Assembly: GCA_964016885.1 (NCBI GenBank)
Contig: OZ024744.1
Coordinates: 44,144,001 to 44,208,000 of the forward strand
DNA: 64,000 nucleotides
DNA from: Eledone cirrhosa
Taxonomy: Eukaryota
Direction of reading: 5' to 3'
Shown: piece after piece, positions 52,004 to 63,995 of the stretch
Layout: the number at the start of each line of letters is the position of its first letter
Position numbering within the stretch: the first letter of the stretch is position 1
Notes under the pieces: generated by a model
Seen by the model: only the letters and a program-made list of their open reading frames with translations
What the model was told of the DNA's origin: nothing
The model's database searches: none
Program-made: the position numbers and the translations under genes

Positions 52004-52428
52004 ATAATGTAATACAAGTTGAATCATAGCGGTAAGTTATCAGTAGATGAGGAGACAAAAGTCTCTGATACACGTACAAATAATCACTTATATTTTCTAT
52101 TAAAAACAACTCTAGTTATATCTAAACCTAGTTTATCTTAAATCTTGTAAAATAACATTGTTCTGTATATATTATATAATTATTTACATTTCCAAATAAA
52201 TAATTGTCATACAATTTAGCCTGATATTTCATTTATTCTCTGAAAACCAGTCCTTAGGTGCCCCAGTCTGGCCGTAAAATACAGGTCACAACTGAAACAT
52301 AGCTCAGACTAGGGTGTAGAGTCCCCCTCCCCCTGTGTCTCTTTGTTTCGTAGCTTGATTCTCTTTTTTCTTTATCTTCTTTCCTTTTTTTAATTTAAAT
52401 ATCATTTGTTTACAGATATTTTGAAGTC

Positions 52429-52763
52429 CAGTGTATGTCCGACATTCGCGGTCGCGGTTATTTTCCTGAGAATTTAAATAATAATTGTTTGTGGAAACCA
52501 CCGTATATTCGCGGAGTCGTAGATATCTGCCATGATGTTTTTATGGCTTTTTTCGTGGCAATATATATATTTTTAACTCTAAATTATCAAGAACATTATA
52601 CTATATTGGCCGGCCTATTGGACGCTCCCTCTTTTTTAAAAAATTATATTGTACGTTATATTTTGACGTTTATAGGGATTTTTATGGACCACGTTCAATA
52701 TTCGCGGTTTTCCACTCTTCGCGGGTGCTCTAGGAACGCAACCCCCGCGAATATCGGGTGACA
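52429..52763. mobile_element. Tigger/pogo-like MITE, degenerate TIRs
   Basis: ccgacattcgcgg..ttcctgag at left vs ctaggaac..ccgcgaatatcgg at right; first copy (47070-47305) is cut by the duplication junction. Confidence 0.5.
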
Positions 52764-52879
52764 AATTCATATAGAAAAAAACTGGTCACAAAGAAACACA
52801 CATACATATACATGCACAGACACATACTTTCATACGACAAATACATACATATTATATAAACACACATTCACATCATCAT

Positions 52880-53262
52880 ATACATAAACAGACACATCCA
52901 GACACTAGATAGTTACATATTACATACATACACATATATACACCTACATATACATAAACAGACACATATAGACACTAGATATATACATATTACATACATA
53001 CACATATCTATACCTACATATACATACACAGACACATCCAGACACTAGATATATACATATTACATACACATATCTACACCTACATATACATAAACAGACA
53101 CATACAGACACTAGATAGTTACATATTACATACATACACATATCTACACCTACATATATATAAACAGACACATCCAGACACTAGATATATACATATTACA
53201 TACACATATATACATAAACAGACACATACAGACACTAGATATATACATATTACATACATACA
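52880..53262. repeat. ~60-66-bp minisatellite (cagacacatccagacactagat..)
   Basis: ~6 imperfect copies. Confidence 0.8.
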
Positions 53263-53458
53263 CTATATATTTCACTATATATAAATATATATATATAAAT
53301 GGCAGTGGCAGTGGGAGTTTGGTCCATATATGTTTGGACCTGGTGTATATATATATGTATATATCAGAGATAATGAATCTAATAACTGTTTCCTGCATTT
53401 GTAATGTTATTTGTATATATACATGTAGGTTTACTATGATTTTGTTTGAATATTCTAG

Positions 53459-53518
53459 GTGACCATATTACAGTGTCCCCTCGCATTGCTTCAATGGAGC
53501 CTAAATCAACTGAAAAGG
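53459..53518 (+). CDS. Mini-exon A1 (60 nt, phase 1): xDHITVSPRIASMEPKSTEK
   Basis: ttctag|GT..AAGG|gtaagt; open in phase 1. Confidence 0.7.
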
Positions 53519-53797
53519 GTAAGTTATAATTTGAACATCATCTAATAAGTTATTCAGTAATTTATCCTTTCTCTCTATATATAAATATATGTATGTATAT
53601 ATATATATATAGAGAGAGAGAGAGAATTAGTACATTTACCAACATATGTGTACAGATGTTCACCTATGCTAGCAAATATATATGTTATGTCTTAGTACCT
53701 TTGTGGTTCTATGCAGGGGGATGCAGAACAATTATATGAAAGACGTAAAATAAGAAAATTTAAAAAATTAAAAATCAACTTACTTACTAAAATTTTC

Positions 53798-53879
53798 ACT
53801 CCAACTAATTAGTTTCTGTAAGGGGATAAATATAGTTACATAATATAACTATAGAGAATTCCTTACGTCATCAGGGGGT
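53798..53879 (-). ncRNA. Hammerhead ribozyme (536 family)
   Basis: Reverse complement of 54231-54312 with one stem I mismatch. Confidence 0.7.
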
Positions 53880-54230
53880 CTATTCTCAGCTAAGTTCCCA
53901 GGCGATGCGCGGACACTAGGAACCCATATAAAAATAATAATAATTCAGTGGATGGAATAAAGCTAGCGAGGACTAAATTCCGGAGCACTGAAAAAATTCA
54001 CTGCCCCTGGTCAGTGGCAGATTCTAAAGAATCAATCACGTGACACTGAGGTTAATCAGTTAGGAGCGGGGTGGTATTATGACAAGAGCCTACTACTACC
54101 ATGAATCAGCAGTAAATTTTGGCAAGTTTTGCTCAACAAATAATTTGGAGATAAATATAGAGAATTATACATTTACCAATATATGGGTTCCTAGTGTCCG
54201 CGCATCGCCTGGGAACTTAGCTGAGAATAG

Positions 54231-54312
54231 ACTCCCTGATGACGTAAGGAATTCTCTATAGTTATATTATGTAACTATATTTATCCCCTTACAGAAACTA
54301 ATTAGTTGGAGT
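54231..54312 (+). ncRNA. Type I hammerhead ribozyme (536 family), long stem II
   Basis: actcc-CTGATGA-c gtaagg..tatagttata ttat gtaactata..ccttac a-GAAA-ctaattag-TT-ggagt. Confidence 0.8.
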
Positions 54313-54766
54313 GTAAATTTTAGTAAGTAAGTTGATTTTTAATTTTTAAAATTTTCTTATTTTACGTCTTTCATATAATTGTTCTGCATCCCCCTGCATA
54401 GAACCACAAAGGTACTAAGACATAACATATATATTTGCTAGCATAGGTGAACATCTGTACACATATGTTGGTAAATGTACTAATTCTCTATATTTATCTC
54501 CAAATTATTTGTTGAGCAAAACTTGCCAAAATTTACTGCTGATTCATGGTAGTAGTAGGCACTTGTCATAATACCACCCGCTCAAACTGATTAACCTCAG
54601 TGTCACGTGATTGATTCTTTAGAATCTGCCACTGACCAGAGGCAGTGAATTTTTTCAGTGCTCTGGAATTTAGTACTCGCTAGCTTTATTCCATCCACTG
54701 AATTATTCTTTTTTTTATATGGGTTCCTAGTGTCCGCGCATCGTCTGGGAACTTAGCTGAGAATAG

Positions 54767-54848
54767 ACTCCCTGATGACGTAAGGAATTCTCCAAAGTTA
54801 TATTATGTAACTATATTTATCCCCTTACAGAAACTAATTAGTTGGAGT
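54767..54848 (+). ncRNA. Type I hammerhead ribozyme (536 family)
   Basis: Same motif one period along. Confidence 0.78.
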
Positions 54849-55089
54849 GAAAATTTTAGTAAGTAAGTTGATTTTTAATTTTTAAAATTTTTTTATTTTA
54901 CGTCGTTCATATATATATATATATATATATATATGCGAGGGACAGAGGGAGTTTGGTCCAGTTGTGTTTGCACCTGGTGTATATATGTATATATCAGAGA
55001 TAATGAATCTAATAACTGTTTCCCTGTATTTGTAATGTTATTTGTATATATACATGTAGGTTTACTATGATGTTGTTTATATATTCTAG

Positions 55090-55149
55090 CTGACCATATT
55101 ACCGTGTACCCTCCCAGTGTTGCAATGAAGCCTGAAACTATTCAAAAGA
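55090..55149 (+). CDS. Mini-exon A2 (60 nt): ADHITVYPPSVAMKPETIQK
   Basis: ttctag|CT..AAGA|gtaagt. Confidence 0.7.
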
Positions 55150-55860
55150 GTAAGTTATAATTTAAACATCATGTAATAAGTTATTCAGTAACTTATTTAG
55201 GTTTTCAACAGTAAATTTATAACTACTTAATTCAGTCAACAATATCAAACTCTATATTACAAACACCATAACATCATCCAGAATAAACATTTTATTGACT
55301 TCCTCAAAGACCTTGTAATGATTACAAAAGTATAACTAGACTTTTTTAGGGCATTATCAGAGATAGCTGAGAAAGAATGACATTACATGTGATTCAAATG
55401 AGAAGATAAATGTTACACTAGATTCATTGAGTTAGATTGAATTATTTCAGAGATCAGTATTCTCTTCTTTATCAAAACTTTATCCTACAGTTCTTCATAA
55501 TTTCTTGTCATCCTTCATTGTTCATACGCTGCATCCTCTTCTCCACTACATCTGCCAGTACCCTAAATATTTGGTTAAACCATTATATAAATCTGATCTT
55601 CAGGACCAGTAGTAAACTGTAGAATATTTCTCTCATAATTCTAGACATCCCACATATGACTAACCATACTTTACTCCTTTTGGAAGTTTTAGATTTGTGG
55701 GAGAAGTAAGCATGTTCTTGAGAGAACAAACCGTATAATTTGATCTAGTTGATTAAACAAATGACAACTCATTCTACCCTTTCTTCAACTTGACAACAAA
55801 CTCTTCTCAAGAGAGATTTCTAGCTTTTATTATTCTTTTGTTTTGTATATTTTTTTCCAG

Positions 55861-55926
55861 GTGTGACTCCTGTAGAGATCTTTGTCTCTGACTCAGGCAC
55901 ACACATAAGAGGTGGATCAAAAGAAA
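55861..55926 (+). CDS. Mini-exon B1 (66 nt): SVTPVEIFVSDSGTHIRGGSKE
   Basis: ttttttccag|GT..GAAA|gtaagt; only phase 1 is open. Confidence 0.75.
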
Positions 55927-56555
55927 GTAAGTTGTATTTCAAACCCATTCCTACCAGTTAGTACAGAAAACTATTACACGTGTTTCAACATTAATATCAA
56001 ATTGATGTTATATTGTATATTTGTATACATTCTAAGTTTATGTAATGTGTATGGTGGACATAATGAATAAAATAGTGTGTACATATATAAGTGAAGTGAT
56101 GTTGGTATTATGTGTATGTTGATGTATACATATAGGTATATTGGGTTGTATATTAATTCATTGTGTACCTGTTTGAGTTGGTTTCGTCGGTGATGCATTT
56201 TTGAGTCTGTGACCCTGTTTGTGTTTGTGTGAGTGTGAGGTTCTGTGTGTGCAATCTCTGTGCGTGTGTATGTAAGAATACATTTTCTTTATTAGGACTG
56301 TTGCCATGATTATAGAAAATTTAGTAGTAAATATATATTTACGGATGTAAGCAGTTGGCGTCCTGAATCCTTTCACTATATATAAATATATATATATAAA
56401 TGGCAGTGGCAGTGGGAGTTTGGTCCATATATGTTTGGACCTGGTGTATATATGTATATATCAGAGATAATGAATCTAATAACTGTTTCCTGAATTTGTA
56501 ATGTTATTTGTATATATACATGTAGGTTTACTATGATTTTGTTTATATATTCTAG

Positions 56556-56615
56556 GTGACCATATTACACAGTCCCCTCGCATTGCTTCAATGGAGGCAA
56601 AATCAACTAAAAAGG
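56556..56615 (+). CDS. Mini-exon A3 (60 nt): SDHITQSPRIASMEAKSTKK
   Basis: ttctag|GT..AAGG|gtaagt. Confidence 0.7.
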
Positions 56616-56682
56616 GTAAGTTATAGTTTGAACATCATCTAATAAGTTATTCAGTAATTTATCCTTTCTCTATATATGTAAA

Positions 56683-56750
<68 letters not shown>

Positions 56751-56845
56751 AGGGACAGTGGGAATTTGGTCCATTTATCTTTGGACCTGTTGTATATATG
56801 TATATATCAGAGATAATGAATCTAATAAGTGTTTCCTGTATTTAT

Positions 56846-58322
56846 AGATGCCCTTCCTAACACCAACCACGTTTACAGCGTAGACTGTGTGTTTTTTTTT
56901 CGTGACACCTACACGACCTCATTTATTTAGGGCTGGATGTTGTGGTACCAACATAGCTTTACATCGAAAGGGGTGGTGTGGACGGGGTGAGGGTGGTGGG
57001 ACTGGGGTGTATTTTTGTTAAGAGGTGCCTACTGACTGTAGGTTTCGCTTTGTACTTAGGCAAGGCAGGTCTTCTGTATTACTGTGTAGTGCCAAAGATC
57101 TCGGTCCAGTGACATTGTCTTGGAGAGGTGTACGTGTGTACAGGTTTTTCTGGGTCTGCCTACTCCGTGGCTACCGTCCATTTTTATCGCCCTGCACTTT
57201 TTTATACAGCTGTCATATTTCATGCACATCACTTGACCAGACCAACGTAGTCTTCTCTCAAGTAAACAACATCTGATTCCTCTTATTCTTAATTTCTCTC
57301 TTAGTTCATTTATGCTTTGCCGTTAACGTATATTACTATTACACATCCAACGGAGCATGCAAGCTTCGTTCCTCTCCAGTCTGTGTATATCCTCTGCACA
57401 CAATGCCCAAGTCACACTGCCATGTAACATTGGTGTTCGTATGCAGGCATCATACAGCCTGCCCTGCATTTTTAGAGATAACCCTTTAGCGGCCAATAGT
57501 GGTATAAGCTCTCTGAAATATTTCCATCCCGTTCTGACTCTAGCTGCTGTATTTTCAAGCAACCCTCCACCACTGTTATTTTGTCACCCAAGTAACGGAA
57601 GGCGTCCACTATTTCTATAGAACCATCTGTGCAATGGAATGAGCTAGTATTTTGTGGGCACTTGCTGCTACTTATTGCACCTGAGCACCGGACACATATA
57701 AAATCTATATTCTTAGTTAGCTTACCTGTGATCCCACTACATCTTTATGCACCCATACTTTGCATTTGGGACATAAAATGGAGTTTCTGCCTACTCCTTT
57801 CCTACACACTGAGTATGGCCATTTCCCAGATGGGACCAGTGCCCTATTTTCTTTCTTACAAACTAGAACTTTAGTCTTAGACAAGTTAACTTTAAGGCCT
57901 TTTGATTCTAGGCCATGCTTCCATGTTTAGAATTTCTCCTCTAGTTCAGCCATTGATTCAGCTATGAGAGTTAGATCATCTGCGTATAGGAGTTCCCATG
58001 AGCAGCCGGTCTTGAACTCCTCTGTTATAGCCTGAAGGGCAATAATAAATAGTAGGGGGATAAGGACAGAGCCTTGATGAACACCAACCTTTACGCTAAA
58101 CTCTTCACTATATTCGTTGTTAATTCTGCTGACTTTTTCTTTACACATGGCTTGTATAGCTCTCACAAGCCATTCATCGACACCTAGTTTTCTAAGGGCC
58201 CACCAGATAATCCAGCGGGGTACTCTGTCAAAGGCTTTCTCCAAGTCAAGAAAAGCTAAGTATAGGGGTTTACTTTTAGCTAGGTACTTCTCCTGTAGTT
58301 GTCGTACAATGAAAAAGCGTCT
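56846..58322 (-). mobile_element. 5'-truncated RTE-like LINE fragment in intron
   Basis: EKAFDRVPR, VGVHQGSVL.PLLF, ELLYADDL, ARVRTGW..FREL; 3' UTR shared with 62625-62680. Confidence 0.88.
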
Positions 58323-58469
58323 GTTGTACTTTTACCTGACACAAACCCGAACTGCATATATATATGTCTATATCAGAGATAATGAATCTACTAAATGTTT
58401 CCTTTATTTGTAATGTTATTTGTATATATATACATGTAGGTTTCCTATAATTTTGTTTATATATTCTAG

Positions 58470-58520
58470 GTGACCATATTACACAGTCCCCTCGCATTGC
58501 TTCAATGGAGCCAAAATCAA
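58470..58520 (+). pseudogene. Mini-exon A copy lacking its donor site (deletion)
   Basis: Exon text jumps via atcaa microhomology into downstream intron text (tcaaaactttatcc). Confidence 0.6.
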
Positions 58521-58905
58521 AACTTTATCCTACAGTTCTTCACAATTTCTTGTCACCCTTCATTGTTCATACGCTGCATCCTCTTCTCTACTACATCTGC
58601 CAGTGCCCTAAATATTTGGTTACACCACTATATATAGCTGATCTTCAGGACCAGTGGGAAACTGTAGAATATTTCTCTCATTATTCAAGACATCCCACAT
58701 ATGACTAGCCACACTTTAATCCTTTTGGAAGTTTTAGATTTGTGTGAAAAGTAAGCATGTCATTGAGAGAACAAACCGTATAATTTGATCTAGTTGATTA
58801 AATAAATGACAACTCATTCTACCCTTTCTTCAACTTGACAACAAACTCTTCTCAAGAAAGCCTTCTAGCTTTTATTATTCTTTTCTACTGTATATTTTTT
58901 TACAG

Positions 58906-58971
58906 GTGTGACTCCTGTAGAGATCTTTGTCTCTGAATCAGGCACACACAAAAGAGGTGGATCAAAAGAAA
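58906..58971 (+). CDS. Mini-exon B2 (66 nt): xVTPVEIFVSESGTHKRGGSKE
   Basis: tttttacag|GT..GAAA|gtaagt. Confidence 0.75.
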
Positions 58972-59602
58972 GTAAGTTGTATTTCAAACCCATTCCTACC
59001 AGTTAGTACAGAAAACTATTACACGTGTTTCAACATTAATATCAAATTGACGTTATATTGTATATTTGTATACATTCTAAGTTTATGTAATGTGTATGGT
59101 GGACCTAATGAATAAAATAGTGTGTACATATATAAGTGAAGTGATGTTGGTATTATGTGTATGTTGATGTATACATATAGGTATATTGGGTTGTATATTA
59201 ATTCATAGTGTACCTATTTGGGTGTGTTTCTCCGGTGATGTATTTTTGAGCGTGTCTGGGCCCTGTTTCTGTTTCTGTAAGTATGAAGTTCTGTGTGTGC
59301 AATCTCTGTGCATGTGTTGTGAGAATAAATTTTCTTTATTGGGACTGTTGCCATGATTATAGAAAATTTAGTAGTAAATTTATATTTACGGATGTAAGCA
59401 GTTGCCGTCCTGAATCCTTTCACTATATATAAATATATATATATAAATGGCAGTGGCAGTGTGAGTTTGGTCCATATGTGTTTGGACCTGGTGTATATAT
59501 ATATATATCAGAGATAATGAATCTAATAACTGTTTCCTGTATTTGTAATGTTATTTGTATATATACATGTTGGTTTACTATGATGTTGTTTATATATTCT
59601 AG

Positions 59603-59662
59603 GTGACCATATTACACAGTCCCCTCGCATTGCTTCAATGGAGGCAAAATCAACTAAAAAGG
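59603..59662 (+). CDS. Mini-exon A4 (60 nt): SDHITQSPRIASMEAKSTKK
   Basis: ttctag|GT..AAGG|gtaagt. Confidence 0.7.
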
Positions 59663-59729
59663 GTAAGTTATAGTTTGAACATCATCTAATAAGTTATTCA
59701 GTAATTTATCCTTTCTCTCTATATATAAA

Positions 59730-59777
<48 letters not shown>

Positions 59778-59928
59778 AGGGACAGAGGGAGTTTGGTCCA
59801 CTTGTGTTTGCACCTGGTGTATATATGTATATATCTGAGATAATGAATCTAATAACTGTTTCCTGTATTTGTAATGTTATTTGTATATATACATGTAGGT
59901 TTACTATGATTTTGTTTATATATTCTAG

Positions 59929-59988
59929 GTGAACATATTACAGTGTCCCCTCCCAGTGCTGCAATGGAGTCAAAATCGACTAAAAAGT
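59929..59988 (+). CDS. Mini-exon A5 (60 nt): GEHITVSPPSAAMESKSTKK
   Basis: ttctag|GT..AAGT|gtaagt. Confidence 0.68.
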
Positions 59989-60215
59989 GTAAGTTATAAT
60001 TTGAACATCATCTAATAATTTATTCAGTAATTTATCTTTTCTCTCTCTCTATATATATATGCGAGGGACAGAGGGAGTTTGGCTGATTTGTGTATGCACC
60101 TGGTGTATATATGTATATATCAGAGATAATGAATCTAATAACTGTTTCCCTGTATTTGTAATGTTTTTTGTATATATACATGTAGGTTTACTATGATGTT
60201 GTTTATATATTCTAG

Positions 60216-60275
60216 GTGACCATATTACCATGTACCATCCCAGTGTTGCAATGAAGCCTGAAACTACTCAAAAGA
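60216..60275 (+). CDS. Mini-exon A6 (60 nt): xDHITMYHPSVAMKPETTQK
   Basis: ttctag|GT..AAGA|gtaagt. Confidence 0.7.
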
Positions 60276-60984
60276 GTAAGTTATAATTTAAACATCATGT
60301 AATAAGTTATTCAGTAACTTATTTAGGTTTTCAACAGTAAATTTATAACTACTTAATTCAGTCAACAATATCAAACTCTCTATTACAAACTCCATAACAT
60401 AATCCAGAATAAACAAGTTATTGACTTCCTCAAAGACATATCTAATGATGACATAACTATAGCTAGACTTTTTTAGGGCATTATCAGAGTTAGCTGGGAT
60501 ATAATGACATTACATGTGGTTCAAATGAGAAGATAAATGTTACACTAGATTCCATGGCGTAGATTGAATTATTTTAGAGATCAGTATTCTCTTCTTAATC
60601 AAAACTTTATCCTACTGTTCTTCACAATTTCTTGTCACCCTTCATTGTTCATACGCTGCATCTTCTCTACTACATCAGCCAGTACCCTAAATATTTGGTT
60701 ACACCACTATATAAATCTGATCTTCTGGACTAGTGGGAAACTGTAGAATATTTCTCTCCTAATTCTAGACATCCCACATATGACTAACCACACTTTACTC
60801 CTTTTGGATGTTTTAGATTTGTCGGATAAGCAAGCATGTCCTTGAGAGAACAAACCGTATAATTTGATCTAGTTGATTAAATAAATGACAACTCATTCTA
60901 CCCTTTCTTCAACTTGACAACAAACTCTTCTCAAGAACGCCTTTTAGCTTTTATTATTCTTTTCTTCCGTATATTTTTTTCCAG

Positions 60985-61050
60985 GTGTGACTCCTGTAGA
61001 GATCCTTGTCTCTGACTCAGGCACACACATAAGAGGTGGATCAAAAGAAA
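60985..61050 (+). CDS. Mini-exon B3 (66 nt): SVTPVEILVSDSGTHIRGGSKE
   Basis: tttttccag|GT..GAAA|gtaagt. Confidence 0.75.
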
Positions 61051-61626
61051 GTAAGTTGTATTTCAAATCCAATCCTACCAGTTAGTACAGAAAACTATTA
61101 CACGTGTTTCAACATTAATATCAAATTGACGTTATATTGTATATTTGTATACATTCTAAGTTTATGTAATGTGTATGGTGGACCTATTGAATAAAATTGT
61201 GTGTACATATATAAGTGAAGTGATGTTGGTATTGTGTATGTTGATGTATACATATAGGTATATTGGGTTTGTCTGGTGATGCTTTTTTTAGTGTGTCAGC
61301 TCTGTTTCTGTTTGTGTGAGTGTGAGGTTCTGTGTGTGCAATCTCTGTGCGTGTGTATGTAAGAATAAATTTGCTTTATTAGGACTGTTGCCATGATTAT
61401 AGAAAATTTAGTAGCTAACCAGTTGGCCTCCTTTCACTATTTGTAAATATATATATGTGTATATATATAAATGGCAGGGGCAGTGGGAGTTTAGTCCATT
61501 TATGTTTAGATCTGGTGTATATATGTATATATCAGAGATAATGAATCTAATAATTGTTTCCGGTAGTTTTAATGTTATTTGTATATATACATGTAGGTTT
61601 ACTATGATTTTGTTTATATATTATAG

Positions 61627-61686
61627 GTGACCATATTACACAGTCCCCTCACATTGCTTCAATGGAGCCCAAATCAACTAAATGGA
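61627..61686 (+). CDS. Mini-exon A7 (60 nt): SDHITQSPHIASMEPKSTKW
   Basis: ttatag|GT..TGGA|gtaagt. Confidence 0.68.
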
Positions 61687-61930
61687 GTAAGTTATAGTTT
61701 GAACATCATCTAATAAGTTATTCTGTAATTTATCCTTTCTCTCTATATATAAATATATGTATATATATATATATATGCCAGGGACAGAGGGAGTTTGGTC
61801 CATATATGTTTGGACCTGGTATATATATGTATATATCAGAGACAATGAATCTAATAACTGTTGCCTGTATTTGTAATGTTATTTGTATATATACATGTAG
61901 GTTTACTATGACTTTGTTTATATATTCTAG

Positions 61931-61990
61931 GTGACCATATTACAGTGTCCCCTCACATTGCTTCAATGGAGCCAAAATCAACTAAATGGA
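61931..61990 (+). CDS. Mini-exon A8 (60 nt): SDHITVSPHIASMEPKSTKW
   Basis: ttctag|GT..TGGA|gtaagt. Confidence 0.68.
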
Positions 61991-62112
61991 GTAAGTTATA
62001 ATTTGAACATCATCTAATGATTTATTCAATAATTTATCCTTTCACTATATATATATATATAAAATAAAATAAAATAAATAAGTCAAATGTTTAAAATTTG
62101 GCTTCGTTTATT

Positions 62113-62167
62113 ACTGCTATATATATTTCGGTCACAGCCATCTTTGGCTGTGACCTCTTCAGGCAGT
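62113..62167 (-). ncRNA. Canonical minimal type I hammerhead ribozyme in a ~370-bp pLTR-like insertion
   Basis: Minus strand actgc-CTGAAGA-ggtcacagcca aaga tggctgtgacc-GAAA-tatata-TA-gcagt; all stems perfect. Confidence 0.9.
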
Positions 62168-62502
62168 CCGAATTAGTGTGGTAGAGACGAGTACACATGT
62201 TGTTGAGGTGTATAACTTTGTCAATACTCTGTTATGCCCAGTTCCTGTTTGGGTTGTTATTTCACTGAGGAACTGGAATCATATGATTCCAGTTTTAAAC
62301 AATTGACTTATTTATTTTATTTTATTTTACATTACTCCGGAGTAACCAAACTACCTGTGCACTTCGTCGAGTGCTCCAATCTGCATACTGAGATGTTGGT
62401 ATACAACCAACATATACTCAAAATTTATATATATATATATATTTATTTAAATAAATGCCCGAGGCAGCGGGAGTTTGGTCCATTTGTGTTTGGACCTTGT
62501 GT

Positions 62503-62745
62503 ATCATCATCATCATCATCATCCTTTAACGTCTATCTTCAACACTAGCATGGGTTTAGACGGGAATTGTCCCACTTGAGACAAGATTGGTTATCTTGCT
62601 CGTATGGGACTATCTGGCGGGTTTTCTATGGCTGGATGCCCTTCCTACCACCAACCACGTTTACAGTGTGGACTGGGAGGTTTCTACCGTGTTAGCTACA
62701 CGGCCACATTACAGCGTGGCCTGTTTGTTTTTTTGTCGGATGTTG
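62503..62745 (-). mobile_element. RTE-type 3' end/SINE remnant with (CAT)n tail
   Basis: (CAT)n then ..ggatgcccttcctaccaccaaccacgtttacag as at 56846-56885; interrupts an intron repeat unit. Confidence 0.65.
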
Positions 62746-62814
62746 TGGTATATATGTATATATCAGAAATAATGAATCTAATAACTGTTTCTTGTAATGT
62801 TATTTGTATATATA

Positions 62815-63225
62815 TATTAGAAAATACTGGTGTGTATGAATATAACAAAAGACGTGGTTTGTGTGTATAATATTTAATTAACAATTTGTGGTTATATAGA
62901 ATAGTATAGTTGACATGTCAATGAATAGAAGAAAGAATGAAGTAAAGTCATTTGTTACCGTTTTGAAGTTAGCTCGCAAGAGGCCATATTAGGGTTGCCA
63001 GACGAACGCGCCTGGCCAAAGGGCCAGGAAGCTTAGAAGGCCAGGAGCCGAAAGGCAAATGAGAGATAGAGTGCTGAAAGTTATTCCCTTTATAGGTGCT
63101 GGGATGGAAGTGACAAAAAGGGCTCTGCCACCCCAATGGGAAGCAACTCCAGCTACTTCCTGTCTAGAGAGCGTTACTCTATTGGTGATGTGCTCGTCAC
63201 AACAAGGGAGGCAACTCTTGCTACA
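62815..63225 (-). mobile_element. Probable solo LTR
   Basis: 411-bp insertion in an intron unit; minus strand TGTAG..CTAATA ends, TATA-like duplication at flanks, internal TATAAA. Confidence 0.45.
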
Positions 63226-63266
63226 TATACATGTAGGTTTACTATGATTTTGTTTATATATTTTAA

Positions 63267-63325
63267 GTGACCATATTGCAGTGTCTCCTCGCATTGCTTC
63301 AATGAAGCCTGAACCTACAAAAAAA
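63267..63325 (+). pseudogene. Decayed mini-exon A (acceptor AG>AA, 59 nt)
   Basis: ttttaa|GTGACCATATTGCA..AAAA|gtaagt; frame-breaking length. Confidence 0.6.
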
Positions 63326-63934
63326 GTAAGTCATAATTTGAACATCATGTAATAAGTAATGGTGGTTGGTGTGAGTGTGCACACACACATACACCACACA
63401 CACACACACTTATACACATATATATATATATATATGTGTGTGTGTGTTGTGTGTGTACATATTTATATGCATATGAAGAGAGAGAGAGAGATAGAGAGCG
63501 AGAGAGAGAGAAATAGAGAGATGTTTATACATATACAAACACTTTCTACCTGTCATATACACACATATGGGATATTGTAGGTAAAATGACAATTAGTATT
63601 TTTCTTTTAATATTATTGTGTGAGACTGTAGTACTCAACACACCATACCTGGAGAAAGAAGAATTTTATTTCTTCTTCAACATAGGAAGATTTACCTCCC
63701 TTTTCCCCTGTTAGTCAAACATATACTTCAAGGTCATTCACAATCGCACTTACTGTAATTATGGAGCAGGAAGTAAGAGTCTACTCCCCTATTTTAGAGC
63801 TTGTGTCCTCATTGTGATAATATCCTAAAAGAAATTCCCTCACATGCCCCTGATAACTTTTGAGCAGCATATTATTGTTTTTATTTTATATGTACCTTCC
63901 CCTTCCTACCTTTCCTATACTTTTTATCATTATG

Positions 63935-63995
63935 GGTTAGATAAATAACGTACCAGTAATGTACTGGGGTCGATTTAATTGACTTTCCCTAAATT
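63935..63995 (+). mobile_element. SINE 3' fragment
   Basis: gataaataa.gtaccagt..tactggggtcgatttaat. Confidence 0.55.

Larger units (their letters stand above)
41944..52664. repeat. Direct tandem duplication, period 5,359 bp
   Basis: All ORFs repeat identically at +5359; junction at ~47303-47305 (ttt microhomology). Confidence 0.95.
53622..54910. mobile_element. Retrozyme-like 536-bp HHR element (1 unit minus + ~1.4 units plus, divergent inversion ~54180)
   Basis: Period 536 (54185/54721); 53622-54170 mirrors the plus arm; flanked by TA/AG microsatellite. Confidence 0.82.

Noticed and set aside
53459-61990. Mini-exon repeat as a neuropeptide precursor (KK sites)
   Set aside because: Dibasic sites occur in only a minority of repeats (others end EK, QK, KW) and there is no consistent amidation signal.
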